Source of the DNA: Sulfurospirillum sp.
Lineage (GTDB): Bacteria > Campylobacterota > Campylobacteria > Campylobacterales > Sulfurospirillaceae
Length of the DNA stretch: 64,000 nt
NCBI GenBank assembly: GCA_045047115.1
Contig: JASFYR010000019.1
Span: 32,001 to 96,000 of the forward strand
Reading direction: 5' to 3'
The position numbers and the translations under genes were made by a program. Below the pieces are notes generated by a model. That model did not search any database and was not told the origin of the DNA. It saw nothing but the letters and a program-made list of their open reading frames with translations. Position 1 is the first letter of the stretch. Every line of letters begins with the position of its first letter. Shown here in pieces: positions 10,710 to 20,729 of the stretch.

Positions 10710-12512
10710 ATGACAATTCAACTACTTAGAAAAATAGCCAGAGTATTAATTTTGCTATTTTTTATAAATATAACTCTATATGCCGCATTTCCAAAACAAA
10801 ATATTTTATCTCCGGAAGATGCTTTTAAGGTCAGCTCAGTCCAAACAGATAAAGGCGTAGATATAAAAATTAAACTTGGTGAAAAGATGTATGCTTATGA
10901 CAATAAGCTTCATGTTGAATTAGTTGCACCAAAAAAAGTTTTGTTGGATAAGGAATCTACTCGTCCAAAACCTGTGAAATTTCATGAATTTATAGTGCAT
11001 AGAAAAGATATAAATATAATTATACCGATGAGTGTTATCCGAAAATATGTAAAAAATGGAAAATATAAAATAAAAGTTTTATATCAAGGTTGCTCAGAGC
11101 GGGGACTCTGCTATTCACCTATGAGTAATACCTATGAATATTCACTATTGAAAAAAGTCCAAAACACCAAGAAGCAGAAGACAGCCAAGATAATTACTAA
11201 TGTTTCCCAGGAAGATACGATAGCCCAAAGTATAAAAAACAGTAGCTTTTTTATAGTATTGTTAACATTTTTCGGTTTTGGTTTACTGCTCTCTTTGACA
11301 CCTTGTGTTTTTCCTATGATTCCGATACTCTCTTCGGTTATAGTTTCACAATCTGATAAAAATATGAATGCTAAAAAAGCTTTTTTTCTGTCATTGGTGT
11401 ATGTTTTAGCCATGTCATTGGCATACACTATAGCCGGTGTTTTGGCAGGTTTGTTTGGTGCAAATATTCAAACTGCTCTTCAAGACCCTTGGGTATTGTC
11501 TGTTTTTAGTTTGGTTTTTGTGCTTTTATCGCTCTCTATGTTTGGTTTTTATGAGATACAGATGCCCTCTTTCATTCAGTCTAAACTATCTAAAAGAAGC
11601 AACAATAACAAAGGAGGAGTCATAGGCGTTGCAATTATGGGCTTTTTGTCTGCACTGATAGTTGGACCTTGTGTGGCTGCACCACTTGCGGGAGCACTTA
11701 TATATATTGGTCAAAGCGGAGATGCATTGCTAGGTGGAGCTGCATTGTTTGTTATGAGCTTAGGTATGGGAATTCCACTTTTGATTATTGGAGCGGGCGC
11801 AGGAAAGTTTATGCCTCATCCTGGAGTTTGGATGGATAATATAAAGGCAATATTTGGTGTGTTGATGCTGGCTGTTGCTATATATATGCTTTCTCGCATA
11901 TTGGATTCTCAAATTACTATGCTTTTGTGGATGGCACTGTTATTGATTACTTCTGTATACATGGGAGCACTTGAGCCTTTAAAAGAAAACTCTTCGGGTT
12001 GGTCTAAGCTTTTTAAGGGTCTGGGCATCATTGTTTTTATATATTCTCTGTTTTTATTTGTAGGCGCAATGCGAGGCACAACAAATCCACTAAACCCACT
12101 AGAAGAAAAGAGTGCTCAAATACTTCAAATTCAAAATTCAAATATGACAGCAGAACATGCTGTATTTAAAATAGTAAAAACTTTGGATGAATTAGATAAG
12201 ATTGTTAAAAATTCTAAAAAACCTGTTATGATTGATTTTTATGCTGATTGGTGTATCAGCTGTAAAGAGTTGGATGAAAAAACTTTTAAAGATGTTCAGG
12301 TAAGAAATAAAATGGATAGATTTAATTTAATAAGGATAGATGTTACAAAGAATGATTTGGAAGATAAAAAGCTTTTAAAAAGATTTAATGTTTTCGGTCC
12401 TCCTGCAATTATATTTTTCAAAAATGGCAAAGAATTAAAATCTTTAAAAGTTGTAGGATATAAAAATGCAGAGGAATTTGCACCTCAATTAGATAAGGTA
12501 TTGGCAAAATGA
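10710..12512 (+). CDS. dsbD: thiol:disulfide interchange protein DsbD
   Basis: YQGCSERGLCY, TPCVFPMIP, GPCVAAPL, ADWCISCKE. Confidence 0.95.
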   Translation: MTIQLLRKIARVLILLFFINITLYAAFPKQNILSPEDAFKVSSVQTDKGVDIKIKLGEKMYAYDNKLHVELVAPKKVLLDKESTRPKPVKFHEFIVHRKDINIIIPMSVIRKYVKNGKYKIKVLYQGCSERGLCYSPMSNTYEYSLLKKVQNTKKQKTAKIITNVSQEDTIAQSIKNSSFFIVLLTFFGFGLLLSLTPCVFPMIPILSSVIVSQSDKNMNAKKAFFLSLVYVLAMSLAYTIAGVLAGLFGANIQTALQDPWVLSVFSLVFVLLSLSMFGFYEIQMPSFIQSKLSKRSNNNKGGVIGVAIMGFLSALIVGPCVAAPLAGALIYIGQSGDALLGGAALFVMSLGMGIPLLIIGAGAGKFMPHPGVWMDNIKAIFGVLMLAVAIYMLSRILDSQITMLLWMALLLITSVYMGALEPLKENSSGWSKLFKGLGIIVFIYSLFLFVGAMRGTTNPLNPLEEKSAQILQIQNSNMTAEHAVFKIVKTLDELDKIVKNSKKPVMIDFYADWCISCKELDEKTFKDVQVRNKMDRFNLIRIDVTKNDLEDKKLLKRFNVFGPPAIIFFKNGKELKSLKVVGYKNAEEFAPQLDKVLAK

Positions 12513-12799
12513 AAGTGGTTTTGATAGTTGATGTTCAGAACCTTGATGATAAGATAGTTTTTGACAAACATCTTAAAAGAGAAGGTTTTATAGGGGTTGA
12601 AGGAGAAGAGTTTGCTTATGAGGGTGAGGCACATACTCATTTGTTTAATACAAGAGCTTATATATTGGAGGTTGTAACAAAAGCTTTAGCCAAAATCTCT
12701 TTTGATAGTTGTGGAATAATTTTCCAAATTGGTGAGAATCCTATCGAAGCATATGTCTTTAATATGGAGAAAAAAGAGTTTCTAAAAGCCAAAGTTTAA
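12509..12799 (+). CDS. hypothetical protein (possible ferredoxin-like fold)
   Basis: 96-aa ORF coupled to dsbD by an ATGA overlap. Confidence 0.75.
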   Translation: MKVVLIVDVQNLDDKIVFDKHLKREGFIGVEGEEFAYEGEAHTHLFNTRAYILEVVTKALAKISFDSCGIIFQIGENPIEAYVFNMEKKEFLKAKV

Positions 12800-12803
12800 T
12801 TTA

Positions 12804-12819
12804 TGGAACTTTTTTTGCT
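12804..12819 (+). promoter_or_regulatory. sigma54 -24/-12 promoter of flgH
   Basis: TGGAACTTTTTTTGCT = GG-N10-GC. Confidence 0.85.
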
Positions 12820-12833
12820 TTAAACTATATCAA

Positions 12834-12873
12834 TAGACTTATCGCAATATATCTTTATATCGCAACAAGTCTA
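12834..12873. repeat. 40-bp dispersed palindrome, copy A
   Basis: TAGACTTATCGCAATATA-TCTT-TATATCGCAACAAGTCTA; 34/40 identical to 51065-51104. Confidence 0.85.
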
Positions 12874-12893
12874 ATAAAAATACTGAGAGAAAC

Positions 12894-13604
12894 ATGAAAA
12901 AAACCATGATATTGATTTTTGCAGCACTGCTGTTTATTGGTTGTTCGGTTCATCCTGCTGATCCTAAAATAACTATGAAGGCTCCTGTGTATGTTGATCA
13001 GCTTCCTCCAAAAGTAAATGATACACCAAGATCAAATCCTGGAAGTCTTTTTGGACAAGGGGATAATCCTCTTTTTGCTGATTTAAAGGCTATGCACATA
13101 AATGATATAGTTACAATTGTAATAAGTGAAAACATAGCCCAAAGCTCAAAGGCAAAAAGAGATCTGACAAAAAACAGCAAAGATTCACTAGGTGGAGGAT
13201 TGTTCACAAGTGGAGGCTCAAATGCTGCTGTAAATAGTATTGCAAACAAAATAAACGGCATTACAAATATTGGTTTTCAAACAGGCTCTACAAACTCTTT
13301 TGCAGGAAGTGGTACAAATAGTAGAGATGAAAAGTTTACCACAACAATTTCTGCAAGAATTATTAAAATACTAAATAATGGAAATTATTTTATAGAAGGC
13401 AGCAGAGAGCTTTTGCTAAATGGAGAAAAACAGATTATCCAGATAAGCGGAGTTATAAGACCTTATGATATTGATCAAACTAATACTATTGATTCTAAAT
13501 ATATCGCAGATGCCAAGATACTCTATAAAACACAAGGGGATATGAATCAAAATATGAAGAAACCATGGGGTTCAAGACTTATGGAGTCAATTTGGCCTTT
13601 TTAA
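12894..13604 (+). CDS. flgH: flagellar L-ring protein FlgH
   Basis: lipobox LFIGC, NPGSLF, ISGVIRPYDI, IADAKI, C-terminal WPF. Confidence 0.96.
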   Translation: MKKTMILIFAALLFIGCSVHPADPKITMKAPVYVDQLPPKVNDTPRSNPGSLFGQGDNPLFADLKAMHINDIVTIVISENIAQSSKAKRDLTKNSKDSLGGGLFTSGGSNAAVNSIANKINGITNIGFQTGSTNSFAGSGTNSRDEKFTTTISARIIKILNNGNYFIEGSRELLLNGEKQIIQISGVIRPYDIDQTNTIDSKYIADAKILYKTQGDMNQNMKKPWGSRLMESIWPF

Positions 13605-14842
13605 TTTTTTACGGCTTTTGCAAGATCCCACATAGGCATAAAGATACCAAGCGCCATTAGTAAAACCATACCGGCAATAAAACCAAGAAGTATAGGCTCA
13701 ATATAGCTTGAGATATTGTCAATAATCTCATTAAATCTTGATTTAAAATAATCTGTTACTTTTTCAAGCATTTTATCGAGTGTACCGCTTTGTTCGCCTG
13801 CTTGTATCATCTGGATAAGCATCCCCTCAAAAAGACCAGTTTCCCTAAATGCTTCAGTTAGAGAGATACCTCTTTGGACTGAAACATTAACGCTTGTCAG
13901 CCTCTGTTTTAAATACATATTATCCAAAGTCAATAAAGATGTTTCAAGTGCATCGGCTATTGGGATTCCTGAACGAATTAGTTCTGTGAAAACTAAAGTA
14001 AATCTTGCCATGGTGGCATAAAATACAATATTTCCTATCAAATATATCTTAAGTATATATTTATCATATTTCTTCTTGAACTCTTCATTATTTGCAAGCA
14101 TATATTTGAAAAAAACTATAGTCAGAATTATAAACCCGAGAAGATAAAAACCATAGTTATGTATGATATTTTCCAAAAATAGAAGTATCTTTGTTGGCAA
14201 AGGCAGTTCTGTTTTGAATTTTGAAAAAATTTCTTTGAATTTTGGAACAACATATACCATTAAAATGGTAAAAGCGATTGCAATAGCTACCATTACTGTG
14301 ATAGGGTATCTCATAGCTTTTTTAAATTTTTGTCGATTTTCTTCCATCTCTTCAAGAATTTCTGCTAATTTTTCCAAAGATTCTGACATATTTCCCGTAC
14401 TCTCTCCAAGTTCAACCATAGCCAGAGTTACATCTCCCAGGTCTGTTCTGAAAGGCATCATGGATTGTGTGAGACTAAGTCCTGAATTTAGATCATCATT
14501 GATGCTCTCAAATATATCTTTAAGGGTTTTATCAACACTTGCTTTTGCTACTTCTTTGATACTGTCATGTATAGATATACCAGCATTTGTCATAACGGCC
14601 AATTGCCTGATAGCCGCTATTAGAGCTTTTATATTGATTTTTTTCTTTATGATAGATTTTACAAATTTAGCTTTAAAATCTGAAAATTTATCTTCAACAG
14701 GAGCCGAAGCAGTTTTGATATTTAAAAGAATTCCAGGTATTTTTGTTTTTGCAATCGTTATCGCATCTCTTTTGTTTGGTGCTTTGATAACTTTTGTCTC
14801 TTTCTTGCCCTTAAATAGTGATGTTACTTCAAAATAATTCAT
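13601..14842 (-). CDS. ctsF: GspF/PilC family platform protein (CtsF/MshG-like)
   Basis: RQLAVMTNAGI, GESTGN, KAMRYP, GEQSGTLD, IEPI. Confidence 0.9.
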   Translation of the reverse strand: MNYFEVTSLFKGKKETKVIKAPNKRDAITIAKTKIPGILLNIKTASAPVEDKFSDFKAKFVKSIIKKKINIKALIAAIRQLAVMTNAGISIHDSIKEVAKASVDKTLKDIFESINDDLNSGLSLTQSMMPFRTDLGDVTLAMVELGESTGNMSESLEKLAEILEEMEENRQKFKKAMRYPITVMVAIAIAFTILMVYVVPKFKEIFSKFKTELPLPTKILLFLENIIHNYGFYLLGFIILTIVFFKYMLANNEEFKKKYDKYILKIYLIGNIVFYATMARFTLVFTELIRSGIPIADALETSLLTLDNMYLKQRLTSVNVSVQRGISLTEAFRETGLFEGMLIQMIQAGEQSGTLDKMLEKVTDYFKSRFNEIIDNISSYIEPILLGFIAGMVLLMALGIFMPMWDLAKAVKN

Positions 14843-16587
14843 CCTTTTGCCACCCTTACAACTTCTTCGATAGTTGTTATGCCTTTAGAGGCCCTTAAAA
14901 TTCCATCTTTGTACATATCAACAAAGCCTTCATCCAAGGCTTGTTGTTTTATCTCCTCTTTACTTCTTCCTTGTGCAATCATACTGGAAATTTTTTCACT
15001 GACTATTAAAATCTCAGAGAGCATTTCTCTCCCGATATAACCGGTTTGTGAACACTTTTCACATCCATTTTGTTTATAAAACTGAAAATCCCTCGGAAGA
15101 AAATCCTTTATGTCCTCATAGGCAGTTTTTGGAAGAGTAATCTCTGTTTTGCAGTGTGGGCAGAGTTTACGCACAAGTCTTTGTGCCTCAATTGCAACTA
15201 AAGAACCACTAAGCAGATATGGCTCTATTCCCATATCCATAACTCTTGTAACTGCGCTTATCGCATCATTTGTATGAAGTGTAGAAAATACCAAGTGGCC
15301 AGTCAATGCAGCTTGAACAGCAATTCGCAGAGTCTCTTGATCTCTAACTTCACCAATCATTATAATATCCGGATCTTGTCTTAAAATTGATCTTAGAGCA
15401 GAAGCAAAAGTTAGATTTGCCTTTTCATTAACCTGGACTTGTTGTATAAGATTTAATTGGTACTCAACTGGGTCTTCAACAGTTATGATTTTGGTTTCTA
15501 CATTTTTTATCGCATTTAGTGCTGCGTATAGAGTGGTGGTTTTACCGCTGCCTGTAGGACCGGTAACAAAAATTATACCAAATGGAGCTCTCATTGCTGT
15601 GCTGAATTTTTCAAAATTATTTTTATGCATACCTAAAGATTCCAGTTTTATCATAACTTTTGATTTGTCCAAAATACGCATAACTATGGATTCTCCATGC
15701 AGTATAGGGAGTGTTGAAATTCTAAAATCATACTCTTTTCCAAGAATTGTTGCTGAAAATCTGCCGTCTTGGGGTTTTCTTTTTTCTGCAATATCCATAT
15801 TTGAAAGAAGTTTAAGGCGAGAGGCAAGAGGTGGATATATATCTTTATCAAAAATAAATGTTTCGGTAAGCATACCATCAATTCGGCTTCTGACCACACA
15901 GTTGTTTTTCGTTGGCTCTACATGTATATCACTGGCCCTGGCTAAAATTGAAGTTTTTAGTATAACCTCTATCAGTTTTAATATTCCTGAGGAATCCTGA
16001 GGATTTTCACTAGCATTTGAAGTTATCTCTTTTCTTATTTCTGCTATTAATTCTTTTATGCTGTCGCCGAGCTCTATCTTATTTATATATTTCTCTATAA
16101 GTGATGGTTCGCTTATGACTGTTTTTACAAGTTTTCTAGGAAAAATTCTCTGGATAGCCTCTTGTGCATTGAGATCAATTGGATCTTTGAATGCCACATA
16201 GACATTGATCTCATCCTCTTTTACAGGCAGTGCATGAAATTTTCTTAATTGTGCAAATGGAAGTTTTGAAACCATTCTGTGGTTTATATCGATAGAATCC
16301 AGATCAATATATATTGCGTTTAGATTTTTTGCCAACTCTTTCAAGAAGTCTTCAATGTCAACTGCAAAATATCTATTTATGTCTTCTATTTGGATATTGC
16401 CTTTTTTGTAAAATTCTACAATCAAAAGCAAAAGATCAGATTTTTCAAAGAGGTTTCTATCCAAAAGAATTTCATATATATCTTTATTTTTTTCTTCTGA
16501 TTCATTTTTAACTATGGAAGCAGTATTTTCATCTAAAATTCTATTTTTAATTAAATAATCCAATAAAGATAGATTCATATTACTCAT
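14839..16587 (-). CDS. ctsE: GspE/PilB family ATPase (CtsE/MshE-like)
   Basis: ASDIHVEP, GPTGSGKTT, EDPVE, LRQDPD, CPHC..GCEKC. Confidence 0.93.
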   Translation of the reverse strand: MSNMNLSLLDYLIKNRILDENTASIVKNESEEKNKDIYEILLDRNLFEKSDLLLLIVEFYKKGNIQIEDINRYFAVDIEDFLKELAKNLNAIYIDLDSIDINHRMVSKLPFAQLRKFHALPVKEDEINVYVAFKDPIDLNAQEAIQRIFPRKLVKTVISEPSLIEKYINKIELGDSIKELIAEIRKEITSNASENPQDSSGILKLIEVILKTSILARASDIHVEPTKNNCVVRSRIDGMLTETFIFDKDIYPPLASRLKLLSNMDIAEKRKPQDGRFSATILGKEYDFRISTLPILHGESIVMRILDKSKVMIKLESLGMHKNNFEKFSTAMRAPFGIIFVTGPTGSGKTTTLYAALNAIKNVETKIITVEDPVEYQLNLIQQVQVNEKANLTFASALRSILRQDPDIIMIGEVRDQETLRIAVQAALTGHLVFSTLHTNDAISAVTRVMDMGIEPYLLSGSLVAIEAQRLVRKLCPHCKTEITLPKTAYEDIKDFLPRDFQFYKQNGCEKCSQTGYIGREMLSEILIVSEKISSMIAQGRSKEEIKQQALDEGFVDMYKDGILRASKGITTIEEVVRVAKG

Positions 16588-16591
16588 GTTG

Positions 16592-17143
16592 TTACCAATA
16601 TACTCTTATTTTTATTATTTTATTATTTTTATAGGTTCTTAGATACATTTTTTTTATATTGTTTCTCTCTTCGAGGGAGAGTCTGTATTTGATAGCAATA
16701 TTTTTATCATCACTAAACCAATATGATCCATTTTTTAAATCATACTCGCCTTTTACGAATTTGTCAAAAATTTTAGATAAAATATAGTTTGTTTTAGGAA
16801 GATTTATATATGATATATCAATATTATTGCATAGTGCATAATATAGCATTTTCTTCTGATAGAGTATAGTTGTGAAATAAGCGGCATTTTCTCTTGCCTG
16901 CTTTGTTTTGTATAGTTTGATTATCGGTAGCACCATTCTATTGACCATATCTGATTTTAGACAAGAATCAGCAAACATATTCAAAAAATTTTCATCATTT
17001 TTAAATGCAACATACATACTGCCTGAGAGGGAACACACTTTTGCATATTTTTTATTTATATAGAGTTTTTTGATATCATTTAAAGTATAGGCAAATGAGA
17101 TATTTATAAAAATAAAACAAAAAACAAAAATTTTTTTAGTCAT
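16592..17143 (-). CDS. exported hypothetical protein in cts cluster
   Basis: signal-like N-terminus; coupled within operon. Confidence 0.75.
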   Translation of the reverse strand: MTKKIFVFCFIFINISFAYTLNDIKKLYINKKYAKVCSLSGSMYVAFKNDENFLNMFADSCLKSDMVNRMVLPIIKLYKTKQARENAAYFTTILYQKKMLYYALCNNIDISYINLPKTNYILSKIFDKFVKGEYDLKNGSYWFSDDKNIAIKYRLSLEERNNIKKMYLRTYKNNKIIKIRVYW

Positions 17144-18032
17144 TTAACACTCCGTTAATTATATCACGCAAAAGAGATTTGATATTTTCCGAACTGTTTG
17201 TTTTCAGAAAAGATCTAAGTGCTTTAACTGCATCATTTTTTTGATGTAGTCTGTATTTTGATTTTGCAAACCAAATCCAACTTCTTTCGCTACTGCTGTC
17301 TATATCATTTGCTATAATCGACCATTTCAAAGAATTTCGATAATCCTTCTGTTGATAATAGTTTTCGCAAAGCATTAAGGCAAATACAATATCATGCGTT
17401 CTCTTAAACTTGTTGTTAAGATATTTAATTGAATCAATATCCTTCATCTCTATATTGATTTTTGGCTTTTTCTTCTCTCCATCTGTTATTGTAGCATTTT
17501 TCTTTGTATTTTTAGCTATCTTATCATTTTTTTTATTGGTTTTTGCTACTGTAATATCATGGAATGGGTAGAAAAAGATCAAACTTCTTCTATTTGAGTG
17601 GTCTATTACAAAGGTGTTTGACGGACGAATTCTAAATACAAAATTTTCTTGTGTATTGTTCTTTTTTTTTGGTATTACAGTTTTATTTAAATCATCAGAG
17701 GAAATATATTCGCTTTTTTGGACTTTAACTGTTGTGTTTTTTTCTGCAGTTTTTATAGGTTGCTTTGATGCTAAAATGCTATTTTTTTTCAAGCTTGTAT
17801 TTTGATCTTTTTTTAAAAAAAGAGTACTTATATTTTTTTCGGCAATTTTTTCTATAGGTTGCATTTTTTTGATTTGAATTTTTGATTTGTAAAAGTAAAA
17901 AATGTAGTATGTAGCAGATGAGGCAAATAGAGTAAAAAACAGAGCAATAAGAAAAGATTTGAATCTTTTCTTTAAAATGTATCTGGAATATTTTTTCTCC
18001 AAATCTGCTATATCTTTTGTGCTAAGCATCAA
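17136..18032 (-). CDS. membrane-anchored TPR protein (CtsX/MshN-like)
   Basis: N-terminal TM helix, low-complexity linker, C-terminal TPR-like helices; follows the ATPase. Confidence 0.75.
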   Translation of the reverse strand: MMLSTKDIADLEKKYSRYILKKRFKSFLIALFFTLFASSATYYIFYFYKSKIQIKKMQPIEKIAEKNISTLFLKKDQNTSLKKNSILASKQPIKTAEKNTTVKVQKSEYISSDDLNKTVIPKKKNNTQENFVFRIRPSNTFVIDHSNRRSLIFFYPFHDITVAKTNKKNDKIAKNTKKNATITDGEKKKPKINIEMKDIDSIKYLNNKFKRTHDIVFALMLCENYYQQKDYRNSLKWSIIANDIDSSSERSWIWFAKSKYRLHQKNDAVKALRSFLKTNSSENIKSLLRDIINGVLND

Positions 18033-18834
18033 TCATCCCTTGCGAAATTCCTGCCATTTCAAGATATTTTATTTGTAGTGATCTTTGGTTTATTTTTGAT
18101 GGATTTGAAGTATCATAGTATTCTAAAATTTCGAATAATTTAAATAAAAGTTTGTTTATAGTTCTCAGGTTGCCTTTGGTAAGTTTCATAATCATCTTTA
18201 AATGCTTCTCTTTAAATAGAGAAAGATACTCAAATTTATTGTGAAATATCAATTTTTTTTCTATATATGTTTTAACTTCTATATAGTTGGAATTTTCCAA
18301 CTCAATACTCTCCCAAATACGAGTTTTAAAATAATCTTTTGCAAGAATGTCTTCTTCATCGGTCTTATGCACAGTAAAGAGGAATTTAAATTTTCTAGAA
18401 TCTGCCATAAGCCTGATTTTCTCGATTAAGTCACCCGGATAAAGTTGAGATTCGTCCATGAGTACTGTGGTTGCAACTCTGTTTTTATCTAATTTTTTTG
18501 TAACTATTGATAAAAATTCATCGTAGCCACTAAATTTTGGTGCAGTTTCTTTGAAACTTTTTTTGTATAAAACTTTTAGAAATTCAATCTCATCAAAAAA
18601 AGGTCTTGGAAGAAAAATGATATTTTTCTTTTTTTTAAAATCATTATATATTTTTTGCAGAAGAAATGTTTTTCCTGTGCCTGGTTTACCGTAAAACAAG
18701 ATAAGCTTTAATGGTTTGTTTATGGCCTGTATAAGCTTATCATACGCGATAGATGATTTGTCCAGATTTACATAATCAAAAACTTCACCATCTAGAAAAA
18801 TATTTTTTAAATCAGAATATTGACTTTTATTCAT
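18022..18834 (-). CDS. ctsP: AAA ATPase (CtsP/MshM/ExeA-like)
   Basis: GKPGTGKT Walker A, VLMDESQ Walker B, TKGNLRTINK. Confidence 0.85.
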   Translation of the reverse strand: MNKSQYSDLKNIFLDGEVFDYVNLDKSSIAYDKLIQAINKPLKLILFYGKPGTGKTFLLQKIYNDFKKKKNIIFLPRPFFDEIEFLKVLYKKSFKETAPKFSGYDEFLSIVTKKLDKNRVATTVLMDESQLYPGDLIEKIRLMADSRKFKFLFTVHKTDEEDILAKDYFKTRIWESIELENSNYIEVKTYIEKKLIFHNKFEYLSLFKEKHLKMIMKLTKGNLRTINKLLFKLFEILEYYDTSNPSKINQRSLQIKYLEMAGISQGMIDA

Positions 18835-20308
18835 ACATTCTCTTGGAAAAGCCTAACTCTCTTAAAGAGGTTTTTGTTACACCGTTTACACCAATTATTT
18901 TAGGAGTTATAACAAAAATTAGCTCTTGTGAAGTCAAACTATCGCCAGTATGTTTAAAAGCATTACCCAAGATAGGGATATCACTAAGTAGAGGTACTCC
19001 GGAGTTTGCCTTCCCTTTTGAATTTGTTATTAAGCCACCTAATATTATTGTACTTCCGTTTTTTACTCTAACAACGGTAGAAAGCTTTTTCTCTGAAGTG
19101 TCAGGCGCTATTTCTCTCGGAACTGTTTGCTTTCCGTCATCCACGCTATATTTAAAATTGCTTACTGATGGATTAATTCTCAGTATTATTTCACCATTAT
19201 TGGATATTTCGGGTGTTATGTTTAAGAGTACTCCTATAAATATAGAATAATTTTTATATGTTGTTATTGTAGGTGCATTTGATGTGTTGCTTGTTGAATT
19301 TTCAGGTACACGATAATTTATATTGTCTCCGACTGTTATTAGTGCTTGTTGATTGTTTAGGGTTAAAACTTTTGGACTTGAAACTGTTTTGGTGTTTCCA
19401 TAAGTCTTAAGAAAATCAATTAAACCTGACATTGTAAATAAATTTTTACTTATTACGGTATATGTATTTGTATAGTTTAGAGCTTTTAGAGGAGTTGTGC
19501 CTGTTCCATTAAGATTGAAATCTGCAGTGTTATTTAAGGATAGATTAAACTTACTCCAGTCTATACCTGTAGAACTTTTGTTTTCAAGACTCACAGAGAG
19601 TATTGATACACTGATTAAGACCTGCTTATGAAGCCTTTTTCTGAGAATTTCTATATATTTTTCAACTCTATCAAGCTGTTTTTTTGTTGCGGTTACTGTT
19701 ATGATTCCAGCGCTCGAGTTTATGATTGGTTTATCGGCCTTGTATTTGTCTTCAGCAGTATTTAAAACAGCAGTCAGTTCGTCTGATATTTTTGCCCAAA
19801 AATCAAAAGTATCATTTGATGTTATTTTATTATCACCGTTTATAGTTCTTGTTCCACCTTCAGCCATGGGGGTTGCATCTACTGAAGCATTTAATACTGC
19901 GGTTCCATTTCTAACAGATGTTATGTAGTCTATATTAAATATTTTAGTGTTCAATGAAGAAATTTTTAAAAAATTTTGATCAAATGTATAGTATAAGTCA
20001 TTTTCCCCTACCAATAATTTGAAAAGTTCATTTAGTGAAAGATCTTTTATATTGACGCTGTCTAGGTTTTTTTTCAATATTTCTCTGGCAAAATCATCTT
20101 TTATAACAACTGTAAAATTACATGAATCAGCAAGTTGTGACAATAGGTCCATATTGCTTACCTTGTCATTTGTTTTAATGGTAAATGCTCTATATTCACA
20201 AGATTTATTGTTTTTTGCAGCATAAAGAGGGAAAACTGCAAAACAAGCTAAAACTATCAGTGAAAAAAGTTTTTTGTTATTTTGACGAAAATTTGATCTT
20301 AGACTCAT
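18827..20308 (-). CDS. ctsD: secretin (MshL/CtsD type)
   Basis: QVLISVSILSV..GIDWS, SPKVLTLNNQQA, GVPLLSDIPILGNAF, ELIFVITP. Confidence 0.9.
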   Translation of the reverse strand: MSLRSNFRQNNKKLFSLIVLACFAVFPLYAAKNNKSCEYRAFTIKTNDKVSNMDLLSQLADSCNFTVVIKDDFAREILKKNLDSVNIKDLSLNELFKLLVGENDLYYTFDQNFLKISSLNTKIFNIDYITSVRNGTAVLNASVDATPMAEGGTRTINGDNKITSNDTFDFWAKISDELTAVLNTAEDKYKADKPIINSSAGIITVTATKKQLDRVEKYIEILRKRLHKQVLISVSILSVSLENKSSTGIDWSKFNLSLNNTADFNLNGTGTTPLKALNYTNTYTVISKNLFTMSGLIDFLKTYGNTKTVSSPKVLTLNNQQALITVGDNINYRVPENSTSNTSNAPTITTYKNYSIFIGVLLNITPEISNNGEIILRINPSVSNFKYSVDDGKQTVPREIAPDTSEKKLSTVVRVKNGSTIILGGLITNSKGKANSGVPLLSDIPILGNAFKHTGDSLTSQELIFVITPKIIGVNGVTKTSLRELGFSKRMYE

Positions 20309-20729
20309 TGTCTTTCCTTATAAAAAGTTCTTTTTTTGTGTTTTGACTTCTTAATAAAACACTTCTTTTTTTTATTTTTATCAATCTGTACGCTCCAATT
20401 TTTGCACGCTTTTTGTACCACTTACCGTTTATCATAGCTTTCTTATTGAAAATCGCATCTAAATTATATATGATTTTTGCTTTTTTGGTCTTGTTTGTAT
20501 CACCAGCCTTTTTATATATAACTACAAAAGGATTTTTGATTTTATTTATAGTTTTTGCAGCAACACCGATTCTTGTTTCGCTTATTCTTTCAAAAATTTT
20601 ATTATACTGTTTTGTATTATTACCAAGATTTAAGTTTGCGCTTGAAAATAAAAAAGCCGGTAAAAAAAGTATGAAAATAAAAAGTATATTTTTAAAGTTG
20701 ATTAATTTTTTCAATATTTCATCCCCCAT
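20277..20729 (-). CDS. PilP/MshK-like accessory protein
   Basis: KNPF motif, AIFNKKAMINGKW; position upstream of secretin. Confidence 0.65.
   Translation of the reverse strand: MGDEILKKLINFKNILFIFILFLPAFLFSSANLNLGNNTKQYNKIFERISETRIGVAAKTINKIKNPFVVIYKKAGDTNKTKKAKIIYNLDAIFNKKAMINGKWYKKRAKIGAYRLIKIKKRSVLLRSQNTKKELFIRKDNESKIKFSSK

Noticed and set aside
12841..12865. ModE box (ATCGCAATATA..TATATCG)
   Set aside because: Spacing and right arm do not fit ATCGNTATATA-N6-TATATANCGAT, the symmetry extends to TAGACTT/AAGTCTA ends, and the adjacent genes are not molybdenum-related.
14163..14837. Long antisense ORFs (e.g. 14163-14837, 9492-9977, 49520-50131, 27747-28217)
   Set aside because: Shadow frames opposite well-conserved genes, with no recognisable motifs.
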